From Chiloscyllium plagiosum (Eukaryota), in assembly GCF_004010195.1 (NCBI RefSeq), contig NC_057718.1, positions 49,112,021 through 49,176,020 of the forward strand: a DNA stretch of 64,000 bases, given 5' to 3'. Shown one piece after another: positions 24,372-38,800 of this stretch; the first letter of the stretch is position 1; each line of letters opens with the position of its first letter. The translations under genes and the position numbers were made by a program. The notes beneath the pieces were generated by a model. That model made no database searches. It saw only the letters and a program-made list of their open reading frames with translations, and was not told the DNA's origin.

Positions 24372-24915
24372 TAAGAAGTTTTTCTTGACACAGTATGTAA
24401 ATAGTCCAACCAGAGAAAGGGTTATACTGGACCTAGTTTTGGGAAATGAGCCTGGCCAGTGAGTGAAGTTTCAGCAGAGGAGCATTTCAGGAGTAATGAC
24501 CATAATACCGTGATTTTTAAGATACTCATGGATAGGAATACCAGTAGTTCTCGGACGAAGGTGTTAAATTGGGCAAAGTAAACTACAACAGTATTAGGCA
24601 GGAACTGGAGAATGTTGATTAGAGGTGTCTGTTTGAGGGTAAATCCACATTAGACATGTGGGAGTTTTTCAAATGGCAGTTGATAAGAGTTCAGGAGTGG
24701 CATATCTTTACCTGTGGAACTCATTGCCACAGAATGCTATGGAGGCCAAGTCATTGCATGTATTTAAGACAGAGTTGGGTAAGTTTTTGATTATTAAGAG
24801 GATCAGGAGTTACGGGGAGAAGGCAGGAGAATGGGTTTGAGAACTATGTTAGCCATGATCTAATGGCGTTGCAGACCCAATGTGCTGGACGGCCTATATC
24901 TTCTGGTCTCTGTAC
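24372..24915 (+). mobile_element. CR1 fragments (endonuclease part joined to 3' end)
   Basis: ILDLVLGN...HFRSNDH; LWNSLPQ...RSYGEKAGEW. Confidence 0.8.
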
Positions 24916-25260
24916 CATGTGTGTTAAATCAATGGAAATGTGTACTTGGGGGAGCTCGGCTATGTTTCTAAATCCTGTTGCCTGGGCTGCAGTCCAGGTC
25001 TTGTCATTGAGAAATACCATGAATTGCTCACTGTCCTGGTGTGTTTGTTGGTACATGACTGAGAGATCCCACACAGGCCACATGTGGCTCCCTGAAAGAC
25101 AGTAACATAGAAGTTCAGAGTGTCTGTCACCTTTGCAATCATTAGAATAGGTTGCCTGCCATTCGTCCAGTCTTTAGGCCCTGCTGTCATTTTGGCATAG
25201 TTCTTTCGCAGTGTCCCGGTACATACCGAACCTGCATCGACACTGCATCCTGATCATCCC
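24915..25260 (-). mobile_element. PIF/Harbinger transposase remnant, N-terminal part
   Basis: KVTDTLNFYVTVFQGATCGLCGISQS and GFRNIAELPQVHISIDLTHM resemble HARBI1-like motifs (GISQS; GFPxVxGAIDCTH). Confidence 0.8.
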
Positions 25261-26519
25261 AAGGAAATGGAGACAGAAGTGAAAATCTCTGGTCTTCCTT
25301 TGAACCTCATGCCTCTGCACACTCTGCTTGAGCTGGGTGCTTCTTGACCTTGGCAGCAGCCTGTTGCTGCTGCTCCTAAACTTGCTGGCAGCCTCTGTCC
25401 CCCTACATCTGCTTTTACCTTCTTAGCAAGGGAGCTGCAGCAGCCAACATCTCATTCACGGTTGTGTACTTGGCTCTTGCTGGAAAATGACCAATGTTAG
25501 GAACATAAGAAATAAAACAAAAGCTCCAACCCCTGTCCACCCCAGACCCACAAGCATGAAACTCATCTATTTTGTTTAGTAGAGTCTGTCCTAATGTCTT
25601 TGGAAACGTCCCAGGTTATGCATCACTCTTGGCCAGGATTTCCCTCTTTTTGAGCCATTGCCATTAACATTTGCATCACTGAGATGCCAGTTTTCAATTT
25701 GCAAAATAACAGTAGTATCATGCAAATCACCATTGACCAATATTTGAATATTAAGCGCATTCACTCTGCATGCTTTGCAAATGGATGATGAAATGATTGA
25801 AATTAATTGTAGCTGGAGTTTGCAAATTCTTGTTTCATGTATTTGCCCCTTCCAATGTTCTAGTGTCCATCCAACTGATACTGACTGTGCCCACCCCACC
25901 CTGACCATTGTCCCAGTCATTTTCCAGTTGAAGTTACCATCCAGTGAATGGCAAGTGATGGCAGAGCCAGTAGCACCAGTTTCTGCCTGGTCACAAGATT
26001 ACCTCCAGGAGTCTCCCTGTCCCCTTTACCTCACACTATTCTGACAGCACACTACTGCCCATTCTCCTCATGTGGAGACCCAACACATTGAACTTTGTGT
26101 CCAACTGTTCTCCCTGCCTCCTTATAATTTGACGATTCCCACCCTGTTCCACAGCACTTTCACCTGAGGAGACCACAGTGGTGGTCGCTGCCAATACCAT
26201 CCACTCCTGTAACTTACCATGGTCTCTAATGCGCTGACAGCAGTCCTCCCTTTACTGGACTGAGGACTAGCCCACTCCCATTTCTGACATGGCTATTTGG
26301 CTGAATAAATATGCAGTGTGTTTGCTGTGCAGACAGCTAACGTATGCTATAAGCATTATGTTGATGTCTTGGTGTGCCATACAGAAATAGTCCCCAACAC
26401 AGACAGATCACAACTGAGAAGCATGATGTGCAGCTAAATGTACCTGTGCAAAGGAGCAGCAGTATGACAATGCTGATAGCATTTAGGCTCTGACTGAACT
26501 GCCACTGCGCTAACAGGCA

Positions 26520-29397
26520 TGGCATTACTTGGCAAGGCAAGAGGTGGGGTGGGGGGGGAAGTGGAGGGGGGGAGCAGAGGAGGGATCCAGGGAGATAGTG
26601 AGGAAAGAGATCGATCTGAGACTAGTACAGTTGAGAACAGAAGTGAGTCAAACAGTCAGGGCAGGCATGGTATATGGGAGAGGGATTCACATTTTTGGAT
26701 CATTGGAATCTCTTTGGGGTAGAAGTGACCTGTACAAGAAGGACGGATTGCACCTAAATTGGAAGGGGATTGGCAGGGGAATTTGCTAGAGCTGCTCGGG
26801 AGGATTTAAACTAATAGGGTTGGGGGTTGGGACAGATGGAGAAAGTGAGGAAAGAGATCAATTTGAGACTGGTACATTTGAGAACAGAAGTGAATCAAAC
26901 AGTCAGGGCATGCAGGGACAAGGTAGGGCTAATAAATTAAACTGCATTTGTTTCAATGCAAGGGGCCAAACAGGGAAGGCAGATGAACTCAGGGCATGGT
27001 TAGGAACATGGGACTGGGATATCATAGCAACTACAGAAACATGGCTCAGGGATGGGCAGGACTGGCAGCTTAATGTTCCAGGATACAAATGCTAGAAGAA
27101 GGATAGAAAGGGAGGCAAGAGAGGAGGGGGAGTGGCATCTTTGATAAGGGATAGCATTACAGCTGTGCTGAGGGAGAATATTCCTGGAAATACATCCAGG
27201 GAAACTATTTGGGTGCAACTGAGAAATAAGAAAGGGATGATCACCTTATTGGGATTGTATTATAGACCTCCCCATAGTCAGAGGAACATTGAGAAACAAA
27301 CTTGTAAGGAGATCTCAGCTATCTGTAAGAATAATATGGTGGTTATGGTAAGGGATTTTAACTTTCCAAATATCGACTGCGACTGCCATAGTGTTAAAGG
27401 TTTAGATGGAGAGGAATTTGTTAACTGAGTACAAAAAAAAGCTCTGATTCAGTATGTGGACGTACCTACTAGAGAAGGTGCAAAACTTGACCTACTCTTG
27501 GGAAATAAGGCAGGGCAGGTGACTGAGGTGTCAGTAGGGGAGCACTTTGGGGCCAGCGACCGCAATTCTATTTGTTTTAAAATAGTGATGGAAAAGGATA
27601 GACCAGATCTAAAAGTTGAAGTTCTAAATTGGAGAAAGACCAATTTTGACGGTATTAGGCAAGAACTTTCGAAAGCTGATTGGAGGCAGATGTTCACAGG
27701 TAAAGGGACGGCTGGAAAATGGAAAGCCTTCAGAAATGAGATAACGAGAATCCAGAGAAAGTATATTCCCGTTAGGGTGAAAGGAAAGGCTGGTAGGTAT
27801 ACGGAATGCTGGATGACTAAAGAAATTGAGGGTTTGGTTAAGAAAAAGAAGGAAGCATATGTCAGCTATAGTCAGGATAGATCAAGTGAATTCTGAGAAG
27901 AGCACAAAGGAAGTAGGAGTATACTTAAGAGGGAAATCAGGAGGGCAAAAAGGAGTCATGAGATAGCTTTGGCAAATAGAATTAAGGAGAATCCAAAGGG
28001 TTTTTACAAATATATTAAGGACAAAAGGGTAACTATGGAGAGAATAGGGCCCCTCAAAGATCAGCTTTGTGTGGAGCCACAGAAAATGGGGGAGATACTA
28101 AATGAATATTTTGCATCAGTATTTACTGTGNNNNNNNNNNNNNNNNNNNNNNNNNNNNNNNNNNNNNNNNNNNNNNNNNNNNNNNNNNNNNNNNNNNNNN
28201 NNNNNNNNNNNNNNNNNNNNNNNNNNNNNNNNNNNNNNNNNNNNNNNNNNNNNNNNNNNNNNNNNNNNNNNNNNNNNNNNNNNNNNNNNNNNNNNNNNNN
28301 NNNNNNNNNNNNNNNNNNNNNNNNNNNNNNNNNNNNNNNNNNNNNNNNNNNNNNNNNNNNNNNNNNNNNNNNNNNNNNNNNNNNNNNNNNNNNNNNNNNN
28401 NNNNNNNNNNNNNNNNNNNNNNNNNNNNNNNNNNNNNNNNNNNNNNNNNNNNNNNNNNNNNNNNNNNNNNNNNNNNNNNNNNNNNNNNNNNNNNNNNNNN
28501 NNNNNNNNNNNNNNNNNNNNNNNNNNNNNNNNNNNNNNNNNNNNNNNNNNNNNNNNNNNNNNNNNNNNNNNNNNNNNNNNNNNNNNNNNNNNNNNNNNNN
28601 NNNNNNNNNNNNNNNNNNNNNNNNNNNNNNNNNNNNNNNNNNNNNNNNNNNNNNNNNNNNNNNNNNNNNNNNNNNNNNNNNNNNNNNNNNNNNNNNNNNN
28701 NNNNNNNNNNNNNNNNNNNNNNNNNNNNNNNNNNNNNNNNNNNNNNNNNNNNNNNNNNNNNNNNNNNNNNNNNNNNNNNNNNNNNNNNNNNNNNNNNNNN
28801 NNNNNNNNNNNNNNNNNNNNNNNNNNNNNNNCATTGGTTAGGCCACTGTTGGAATATTGCATGCAATTCTGGTCTCCTTCCTATCGGAAAGATGTTGTGA
28901 AACTTGAAAGTGTTCAGAAAAGATTTACGAGGATGTTGCCAGGGTTGGAGGATTTGAGCTATAGGGAGAGGTGGAACAGGCTGGGGCTGTTTTCCCTGGA
29001 GCGTCGGAGGCTGAGGGGTGACCTTATAAAGTTTACAAAATTATGAGGGGCATGGATAGGATAAATAGACAAAGTCTTTTCCCTGGGGTCGGGGAGTCCA
29101 GAACTAGAGGGCATAGATTTAGGGTGAGAGGGGAAAGATATGAAAGAGACCTAAGGGGCAAATATTTCATGCAGAGAATGGTATGTGTATGGAATGAGCT
29201 GCCAGAGGATGTGGTGGAGGCTGGTACAATTGCAACATTTAAGAGGCATTTGGATGGGTGTATGAATAGGAAGGATTTGGAGGTATATGGGCCGGGTGCT
29301 GGCAGGTGGGACTAGATTGGGTTGGGATATCTGGCCGGCATGGACAGGTTGGACTGAAGGGTCTGTTTCCATGTTATACATCTCTATGACTTTATGA
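26520..29397 (+). mobile_element. HER1/CR1 LINE, 5'-truncated, spans an assembly gap (28131-28831)
   Basis: KDGLHLNWKG (ORF1 end), CICFNAR...ETWL (endonuclease), HFGASD, RT end and tail; ~26520-26668 duplicates the ORF1/ORF2 spacer. Confidence 0.93.
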
Positions 29398-31549
29398 TGT
29401 AGATGCTGCAAGCGTGCAGGTAGGCACTAAGTGACCAAGCAATTGAGCAGGTGATCCAATCCCTGTGCTGGGTGTCTGTCCCTACAAGAAAAGCGTTTTT
29501 TAATGCTAATTATTGATACATACTGTAACACAGGTTGGTCCTTCCTAAGCAACCTGCAAGTGGATCAGAGCAGTGCTATGGAGTTCCTGAGGGTTTGGTA
29601 AATATTGGATGTGAGGAGTGTGTGCGGCTGGTGCCCATGGATCTTGCCCATGGATGCTGTGCTCAGTATCAAGGAGGATCTTTGCAGTAAGTGGAGAGCT
29701 GGAGTCACCTGATATGGCGAATTCTTGGTGTAAAGCTTGCTCGTGGCAGATGATAGGAGAGGAACTAAGATCGTAACTAAGAAATAATCCTCTTTAATAG
29801 GCAATTTCACTGCTCCCTAGCAAGAATCTTATCTCAATACCTGGAACTTAGTTAAAAGTAGCAGTGAGTTGTGTTCGATGACAAGATAGGCCTCATCAGA
29901 TTTCTTACATGATTCTGCCAGAAACCTTGCCATAGCCCAAACTGTTCAGTATACATTTGTAATATTATGCAATATTTAAATGGTGCATTTTGATTTGTTT
30001 CAGATGCCAGCTAAAATATTTATTTTCAATTTATCTACCAATTTGTGGAGGCTTCCATATAGTCATTAATATTTAGATGACAAATATGATAAATTGAAAT
30101 TTTAGTCTAGGCATGCAGCTGCTAACTAATTCTGCAATTATCCTTTCAAATGGAATCTACTACTTGGATTTAACATTATTTGAAAAGTCTGTATCAACGG
30201 GCTTTTTTGTTTTGTCAATGTGTAGTTAAATATAAACATCATGCCTTCCTTCACAGCCACCTCATGCTTATTTTGGGGCATTAATTTGGTCTATTTCAGG
30301 CAGTTCCAAATATTGCCTATTCATTATCAGGTGCCTGGTGGGATAAGAGCCGGCTTTTAAAACCTCATTGAAAAACAAGAGTTTTTCTGTTTCAAGTCCC
30401 AAATTAATTTCAAACTAGTACACCTTCCCTGGCATTGCTCCAATACATTTTTAAGATGTCCTTCTTAGTCTAACCATTCTTCTGTTCTCTCTGTGTGTTT
30501 TATATCTTCTAGTTGTATTTCTGTAAAATCTCTACGTTCATTGTAAGTGAAGCACATAAATTATCTTTTCCAACTTATAAGTCCATTCCTAAAAAAAGTG
30601 CAAAAAAACATGGAAAGTCCTAAACTTTGACATTGTATCAATGAGACTGAAACTTGATCATTTCTGCAATTTATTACACATCTTAAAAATAGCTCCTTTT
30701 TATATTTTTTGTCGTACTCTAATCAATCTTTATTCTGTTTTATTTAACTTTATTGAATATCCGAGGGACAGTAACAATAATAGCTCTGAAAGCAAACCAG
30801 TCAGGGCAATAGAAATCTGCTCCATTAAGAACCAGCCTATTTTATGGAAAAAGAATTGACCTTAATGTGGGTCTGAATGCTTGTGAGAAGGAGTTCTGCA
30901 CATGTGGGGCCATCCAGTTGACAAATGGGAAACATTCTGACGCACAGGTTGAAGTCAAGAAGGTTATCTGGGATTTGCTGACAGCAACTAGAGCTTGGGT
31001 TAAAGGGGAGGGCAGCAAAGGTGAAGAGAAGAGATGCTGAGGCTATGTGAAATGGTGAAGTACTGACAAAAATCTCAAATCTGGCTCATGTAATGAGGGA
31101 AAAGCTGCAAACAGGGCTTATGAGCTATTTAGAGCCAATTGTTGGATATTAATTTGGGCATTTAATTAATATCTAGAACTGTTAATATCAAAACCTTTCC
31201 ATCATTTGCTGACTCTATGAATCCAATTATCACCATTTGAGCATTAGTGTGTGGAGTGGCCAATCTGTCTTTCATTTGGACCTGAGCTAAGATTTGGGAA
31301 AAGCTGTGGAGAACCCAAGGTATGCACCAGACCACAATTATGCTGAAGCAATAGAACAACGCTACTAAGGAATGTTTTAATAGAAAACATGACCAGGCTG
31401 GAGAAGATAGCAAGTTGGAAGCAAGGAGGGAGGAATTATTAGCATGAACATTCCTTTTGTCAGCTGCGTAACCTTATCTCAGTCATGAGGTCAGAAGGAT
31501 GTTCACTGATCATTACACAATGCTGAGCACCATTTGTAACATCTCAAAC

Positions 31550-32155
31550 ACTGAAGCAACCCATGTCCAAATGCAACAAGACCTGGACAATTAGTCAGTG
31601 ACATTCATTCCACACAAGTGCCAACACTTCCTGACTCCCCAAACTCTGTCAATCATCTACAAGTCACAAGTTCAGAACATGATGGAATAGTCCCCACTTG
31701 CTTGGACGGATGCTGCTCCAACAACACTCATGAAGCTTGACACTGTCCAAGACAAAGTAACTAGCTTGATAGGCACTGCATCCAAAAATACTCCCTCCCT
31801 CCAGCATTGATGCATAGTAGCAAAAGTCTGTACCATTATAAGATGCTTTGCTGAAATTTACCCAGTCTCCTTAGATAGCATATCTTGAACATATAAGTAC
31901 TATTATCTAGAAGGACAAGGACAGAAAATACATGGGAAAAACCATCACCTGCAAATACCTCTCCAAATCAATCACCATTTTGACTTGGAAAATACCACTG
32001 TTCCTTCAATGTTGCTGCGTCAAAATCCTGGAACTCCCTCTTGAATAGCATTCTGTGACTACCTAAATAAATGGACTAAGCAGCTCGCTAGCACTTTTCC
32101 AAGGACAACTAAGGATGGGCAAAGCACTGTCAACATTCCACGAACAAAATAAACA
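31550..32155 (+). mobile_element. Second, older CR1/L2-group LINE family, 3' fragment
   Basis: Homologous to 57680-58490 (atgcaacaagacctggac, ctccaacaacactcatgaagc, gtcaaaatcctggaactccc). Confidence 0.7.
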
Positions 32156-33604
32156 AAACATTTTTTTGTTGTCTTAAGATTCTGTACAGACTTCTCAACG
32201 TGAGCTTGGAGATATGTGATGTTTAGCATGAAAGGATGTTCCTGAGATATCTGAGACAGTGAACTAAAGCTGCAAATAAAATCAGATAAAGATGCAATTA
32301 AAGCTCCTAAAAAGAGATAACTATCTTGTGTGTTGGAGGAAGATAGCGGTGTGAAATTGGATAGACTGGGAAATTTACAGGTATGATTCTGATTTTGTTG
32401 CAAAATGAATTATTAATTTTATGCATTAATATAGTGTCTACTTTTACAAATATATAGTACAATGTGTGATAAATTGTCATGGTTGCTATATACTCCGGAC
32501 TTTGTTGTACATCATGATTGTTGCTTGCTTGACTAAATTAAACATTAAGTTTGTTGCATTAGATTGATTGGATTGATGGGGCATAGCTCCTTCTTCTACA
32601 AACTGATTGTTGAATGAGAGGATTCCACAACAAACAGCAACATATTTGCAAGCTTCAAGGTATGTTGTCCTTGCTGGGTGCCCCATCACACAGATTGTGT
32701 GAAATGCACTAGACTGTTCAGAGGAATTGTATGTGAGAATTCTGCCGTGGACCATTTACCAGGTACTTGCACATGTTAAGTTTAAGACAACCTGAGGAAG
32801 AGCAGCACGTAGAAGGCCCACAGCACTTCAATGAGAGGAGGTAATACTGAGAAGACAGTACTGGACTCTTTGCTCGCCTTTGTCTGCCTTTGGGCTTTCT
32901 GAAGACTCAGCAATCTACTGAGATCCTGACCCAATCTCTACCAGCTACCATTCTGCGGCAGCACCCCACACTCTAATAAGAAGACTAGTGCACAATGAGA
33001 AATTGTGAATAACTTCTCCCTGATCTTTGCTACTGTGACTACACTTAAATAAGATATGCCATTTGCTGGAAGATCATAAGGACATAAAAAGTGCTTCATA
33101 ATTGCGATCTTTATTTTATCTAATTTTTCTTCTAGTCATCACTGAAGCACATACATCCATTTTTCCTGTACAACATACTTGAGAACTAAATTTTAGATGT
33201 TCTGTTGTGAATAAGCTAATTCTACAGTAGAAACCCCTGGTTACTGGAAAATAAAGAAAAAAGAAAACATATTATCCTAATCGTATTATATTTTACCAAT
33301 AATCTGTTGTGGTGATTTGAAGTCTCTGGAACTCTGTAGCTTACTACTGTTTACTGCAAAGTAGTTTCAGGGTATAATTGAGTGCAGGTATACAGTTAGT
33401 GAAATAAAATGTATATCAGTAAAAGATGGAAATGTAATTTACGTCAGACAATAGTCAGGAAATTCAATGATTAAGATTCTTAAATTGAAGGCAGGATTCA
33501 GAAATTGGTGCAGAGCACTTTTAATTCTGTTATTCTGAAACCAGATATTTTGAATCCTATTGGAATGTAAGCATGTGATACTTGAAGTTCTGAATTTACT
33601 TATG

Positions 33605-33950
33605 TCAAAAGTCGTACAGCACAGAAACAGATCCTTCAGTCCAACTTATCCATGCCGACTTAGTTTCCCAAACTAAACTGGTCCCACTTGCCTGTATCTG
33701 GCCCATATCCCTTAAAACTTCCATATTCATGTATCTGTCCAAAAACAGATATCTTCTAAATGTTGTAACTGTACCTGCATCTATCACTTCCTCTGGCAGT
33801 TCATATGAACCACCCTCTGTGTGAAAAAAGTTGCCTCTCAGATCCATTTAAATCTTTCTCCTCACACCCTAAAAATATGCCTCGTAGTTTTGGACATCTT
33901 GACATGAGGGAAGAGACCTTTGTTATTCACCTTCATGATTTCAGAAACCT
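33605..33950 (-). mobile_element. HER1/CR1 3' fragment
   Basis: DLRGNFF...ELPEEV; tail matches other copies. Confidence 0.85.
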
Positions 33951-35874
33951 CTATACAGTCAGCTGGTTCAGAGATTAGATTAACAAATTCATGACTCATG
34001 TTGGGATTCCAGAGTTTCTGAATCTTCGACCAGCATTCTGTCAGTTTGCCTGAGACAAAGTCATGCATAAGAAAAAACTATTAGCACTTCAATGCTTATT
34101 CCTATAAAACATTCTGGTATATATTTTCCTTTGTATACTATCTGAACAATGGTGGTAAAGGAGGGAAAGTAGACTCGACAGGATAACATTGGATATGTGC
34201 CTGATATATGTCATATGTGGCTTGTGAGCAATTAATTTATGTTTTCTGTTAGTTCTGAAAGTTCTGGTACCCTCTTTCTATGGATAAAACACACAGAAGT
34301 TAGTTGTCCTCTGTTCCAACTGAGAGAACCTAATTTGTATTTTTCTGATGCATTGAATGCAAAGAATGACAAGACAAATCCAGAGTCAATTTGCATTTAT
34401 GGTTAATATTTATTTGTTGATCCATTACTTACCCAAAGCAATACTAGTGTAAAATTAGCACAGTGCTCTGTTTTTAAAAAAAAGTTACAAATCCAATAAA
34501 GAAATAATCATTAACATGTACCGTGGGAAAAACATGTTTTTCATGCAAAACCAGTTCAGCAGGTAAGTGCGTCCATCATTCACATGAAAGATCAACATAA
34601 AACTGCCAATTGGCCTTTGTACATTCCAGCCTTGATTTCTCAAGGATCCATCCATGCTGTCATGGATTGTTGGTGCTAGTTGGAAAATCCTGACCTGACT
34701 GTGCGCAGCCCAATTTATTCCAATTTCGCTGAAAGTAAAATAATTCTTTCTGTAAGCAAGGACAGTCTACATTACTCTGGGTTGAATTTTCTCAACTTTT
34801 GGTCAAAATGTTTTTTCCCAGTGAGCTTCATGGTGCTCAGTCTGCCATGCCTCACAGTGACTTTTCTCCCACATTCTTCCTCTCTTCTCGATAATTAATT
34901 ATGTGCCCGTTATCTACTTTAATTATCTCATGAAATTGTAAAGGAGAAGAGGCAGAAATGCAAGTCTCAGCCAGTACCTTCCAGTATTCATGTTGCTGGC
35001 ACCATATTTAAAGCCCAGTTGCACGCCACTTCTGGTGCTGTAACATAGCAACTGTCCTCCATGCTGTTGTGCAGGGCAACTATAACTGAGGATATGCCCA
35101 TACAGGGAAGTAAGCTTCTCACTTCACCCTCAGGGACCTGGAAATGCTGCTGTTATAGGACAGTGGAGAGGCAAACAGTGCTTCATCATGCTGACTGGTA
35201 ATGGAGGCCAGGATAGCCCACCCAGGTAATCTAGACACAGATTGCAGCACTGAGCCATGCTGTCTCCTGGATAAATTGCATTGTACTGCAGTGTAAGACG
35301 AAGGTTAAAACTCTTCTGCACTCTGCAAGAATAAGTGCCACAATCTCATGTCTGCTCCCTCTCACTAACATCGTGCACACACCTTCACCAAGAATTATGG
35401 CCTTCAACTCTCATTATTGCATCCAACATGACCGGATCTCACACACTTCACAATCCCAAGCTACAAACTCTGACCACTCGTGTGAGGATGGCGAGACCTT
35501 GATAGAGCCAATAAGCTTCATTGTCATATGCCATACTGATCTCTAATTGGCACTGATGTTAGCAAAGTCCAAATCTGTTCCAACTTTTATTCTTCTTGCA
35601 CAACTAATTCTACCTCTGCTTTTTATTTGACACCCAGTGAACTTCAACCTCAAAGATGCCAATGCTACAGACTCTCAGCTCTACCTCCACTTCAGAGGAA
35701 GAAACCACGCAATGATACACGAGTAAGTAAGGCCTGAACTCTGCACCAGTACGGAAACATACACCTCAGTGGCTTCTTTATTTCAGTTTGACTCATGAGG
35801 ACAGTCTGGCGAACATTAACACTTATTGGCAACCAGTCGAGGAAGGAATGTCCAGGTTTTCTGCACTCAGAGGT

Positions 35875-38800
35875 CATAGAGTCATAGAGTCATAGAGATG
35901 TACAGCATGGAAACAGACCCTTCGGTCGAACCCATCCATGCCGATCAGATATCCCACCCCAAACTAGTCCCAAGCTGCCAGCACCCGGCCCATATCCCTC
36001 CAAACCCTTCCTATTCATATACCCATCCAAATGCCCTATCCATGCCCCTCATAATTTTGTAAACCTCTGTAAGGTCACCCCTCAGCCTCTGACACTCCAG
36101 GGAAAACAGCCCCAGACTGTTCAGCCTCTCCCTATAGCTCAAATCCTCCAACCCTGGCAACATCCTCCTGAATGTTTTATGAACCCTTTCAAGTTTCACA
36201 ACATCTTTCTGATAGGAAGGAGACCAGAATTGTACCCAATATTCCAACAGTGGCCTAACCAATGTCCTGTGCAGCTGCAACACGACCTCCCAACTCCTTT
36301 ACTCAATACTCTGACCAATAAAAGAAAGCATACCAATTGCCTTCTTCACTATCCTATCTACCTACGAATCCACTTTCAAGAAGCTCCAAGGTCTCTTTGT
36401 TCAGCAACACTCCCTAGGACCTTACCGTTAAGTGTATAAGTCCTGCTAAGATTTGCATTCCCCAAATGCAGCACCTCGCATTTATCTGAATTAAACTCTG
36501 TCTGCCACTTCTCAGCCCATTGGCCCATCTGGTCCAGATCCTGTTGTAATCTGATGTAACCTCTTCGCTGTCCACTACACCTCCAATTTTGGTGTCATCT
36601 GAAAACTTACTACCTCTTATGCTCGCATCCAAATCATTTATGTAAATGACAAAAAGTAGAGGACCCAGCACCCATCCTTGTGGCACTCCACTGCTCACAT
36701 ACCTCCAGTCTGAAAAACAACCCTCCACCACCACCTTTGAGCCACTTCTGTATCCAAATGGCTAGTTCTCCCTGTATTCCCTGAGATCTAACCTTGCTAA
36801 TCAATCTCCCATGGGGAACCTTGTCAAACGCCTTACTGAAGTCCATATAGATCACATCTACTGCTCTACCCTCATCAATCCTCTTTGTTACTTCTTCAAA
36901 AAACTTAATCAAGTTTGTGAGACATGATCCCTAATTAGTCCTTACTTTTCCAAGTACATGTCCATCCTGACCCTCAGGGTTCCCGCCAACAACTTGCCCA
37001 CGACCGAGGTCAGGCTCATCGTCTATAGTTCCTGGCTTGTCCTTACCACCCTTCTTAAACAGTGGCACTACGTTAGCCAACCTCCAGTCTTCTGGCACCT
37101 CACTGGTGACAATTGATGATACAAATGTGTCAATAAGAGGCCCAGCAATCACTCCTCTAGCTTCCCACAGAGTTTTCGGGTACACCTGATCAGGTCCTGG
37201 AGATTTATCAACCTTTACGTGTTTCAAGAAATCCAGCACTTCCTCCTCTGTAATATGGACATTTTGCAAGGTGTCACCAGCTATTTCCAAACAGTTGAAA
37301 TCTTCCATATCCTTTTCCACAGTAAATACTGATGCAAAATACTCATTTTGTATCTCCCACATTTTCTGCGACTCCACACATAGGCTGTCTTGCTGATCTT
37401 TGAAGGGCCCTATTCTCTACCTAGTTATCCCTTTGTCCTTAAGTAACTTGTAAAAACCCTTTGGAGTCTCCTTAATTCTATTTGCCAAAGCTTTCTCATG
37501 TCTCCTTTTTTCCCTCCTGATTTCCCTCTTAAGTATACTCCTACTGCCTTTATACTCTTCTCAGGATTCACTTGATCTATCCTGTCTATAGCTGACATAT
37601 GCTTCCTTCTTTTTCTTAACCAAACCCTCAATTTCTTTAGTCATCCAGCATTCCCTATACCTACCAGCCTTCCCTTTCACTCTGACAGGAATATACTTTC
37701 TCTGGATTCTCGTTATCTCATTTCTGAAGGATTCCCATTTTCCAGCCNNNNNNNNNNNNNNNNNNNNNNNNNNNNNNNNNNNNNNNNNNNNNNNNNNNNN
37801 NNNNNNNNNNNNNNNNNNNNNNNNNNNNNNNNNNNNNNNNNNNNNNNNNNNNNNNNNNNNNNNNNNNNNNNNNNNNNNNNNNNNNNNNNNNNNNNNNNNN
37901 NNNNNNNNNNNNNNNNNNNNNNNNNNNNNNNNNNNNNNNNNNNNNNNNNNNNNNNNNNNNNNNNNNNNNNNNNNNNNNNNNNNNNNNNNNNNNNNNNNNN
38001 NNNNNNNNNNNNNNNNNNNNNNNNNNNNNNNNNNNNNNNNNNNNNNNNNNNNNNNNNNNNNNNNNNNNNNNNNNNNNNNNNNNNNNNNNNNNNNNNNNNN
38101 NNNNNNNNNNNNNNNNNNNNNNNNNNNNNNNNNNNNNNNNNNNNNNNNNNNNNNNNNNNNNNNNNNNNNNNNNNNNNNNNNNNNNNNNNNNNNNNNNNNN
38201 NNNNNNNNNNNNNNNNNNNNNNNNNNNNNNNNNNNNNNNNNNNNNNNNNNNNNNNNNNNNNNNNNNNNNNNNNNNNNNNNNNNNNNNNNNNNNNNNNNNN
38301 NNNNNNNNNNNNNNNNNNNNNNNNNNNNNNNNNNNNNNNNNNNNNNNNNNNNNNNNNNNNNNNNNNNNNNNNNNNNNNNNNNNNNNNNNNNNNNNNNNNN
38401 NNNNNNNNNNNNNNNNNNNNNNNNNNNNNNNNNNNNNNNNNNNNNNNNNNNNNNNNNNNNNNNNNCAGATATTACTACCCTTGAGGACCTCCTTTTTAAA
38501 TTTCTGCCTAACTCTCTGTAATCTCCCTTCAGAATCTCAACCTTTTCCCTTCCTATCTTGTTGGTTCCAATGTGGACAATGACCTCTTGCTGGCCCCTCT
38601 CCCCCTTGAGAACATTCTGCATCCTCTCTGAGACATCCTTGATTCTGGCACCAGAGAAGCAACACACCATTCTGATTTTTCGCTGCTGGCCATAGAAACG
38701 TCTGTCTGTACCTCAGACTAGAGAATCCCCTAATACAATTGATCTCTTGGAACCCGATGTACCAATCGTTGCATTAGAGCCAGTCTCAATACCAGAAACT

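Noticed and set aside
34985..35340. Possible Harbinger Myb/SANT-like ORF remnant (QCKTKVKTLLHSAR), with similar hints at 53600-54100
   Set aside because: Only short degenerate motifs; not enough to call without a profile search.
27969..38670. Long ORFs containing X runs
   Set aside because: Artefacts of the N gaps at 28131-28831 and 37748-38465 inside CR1 copies.
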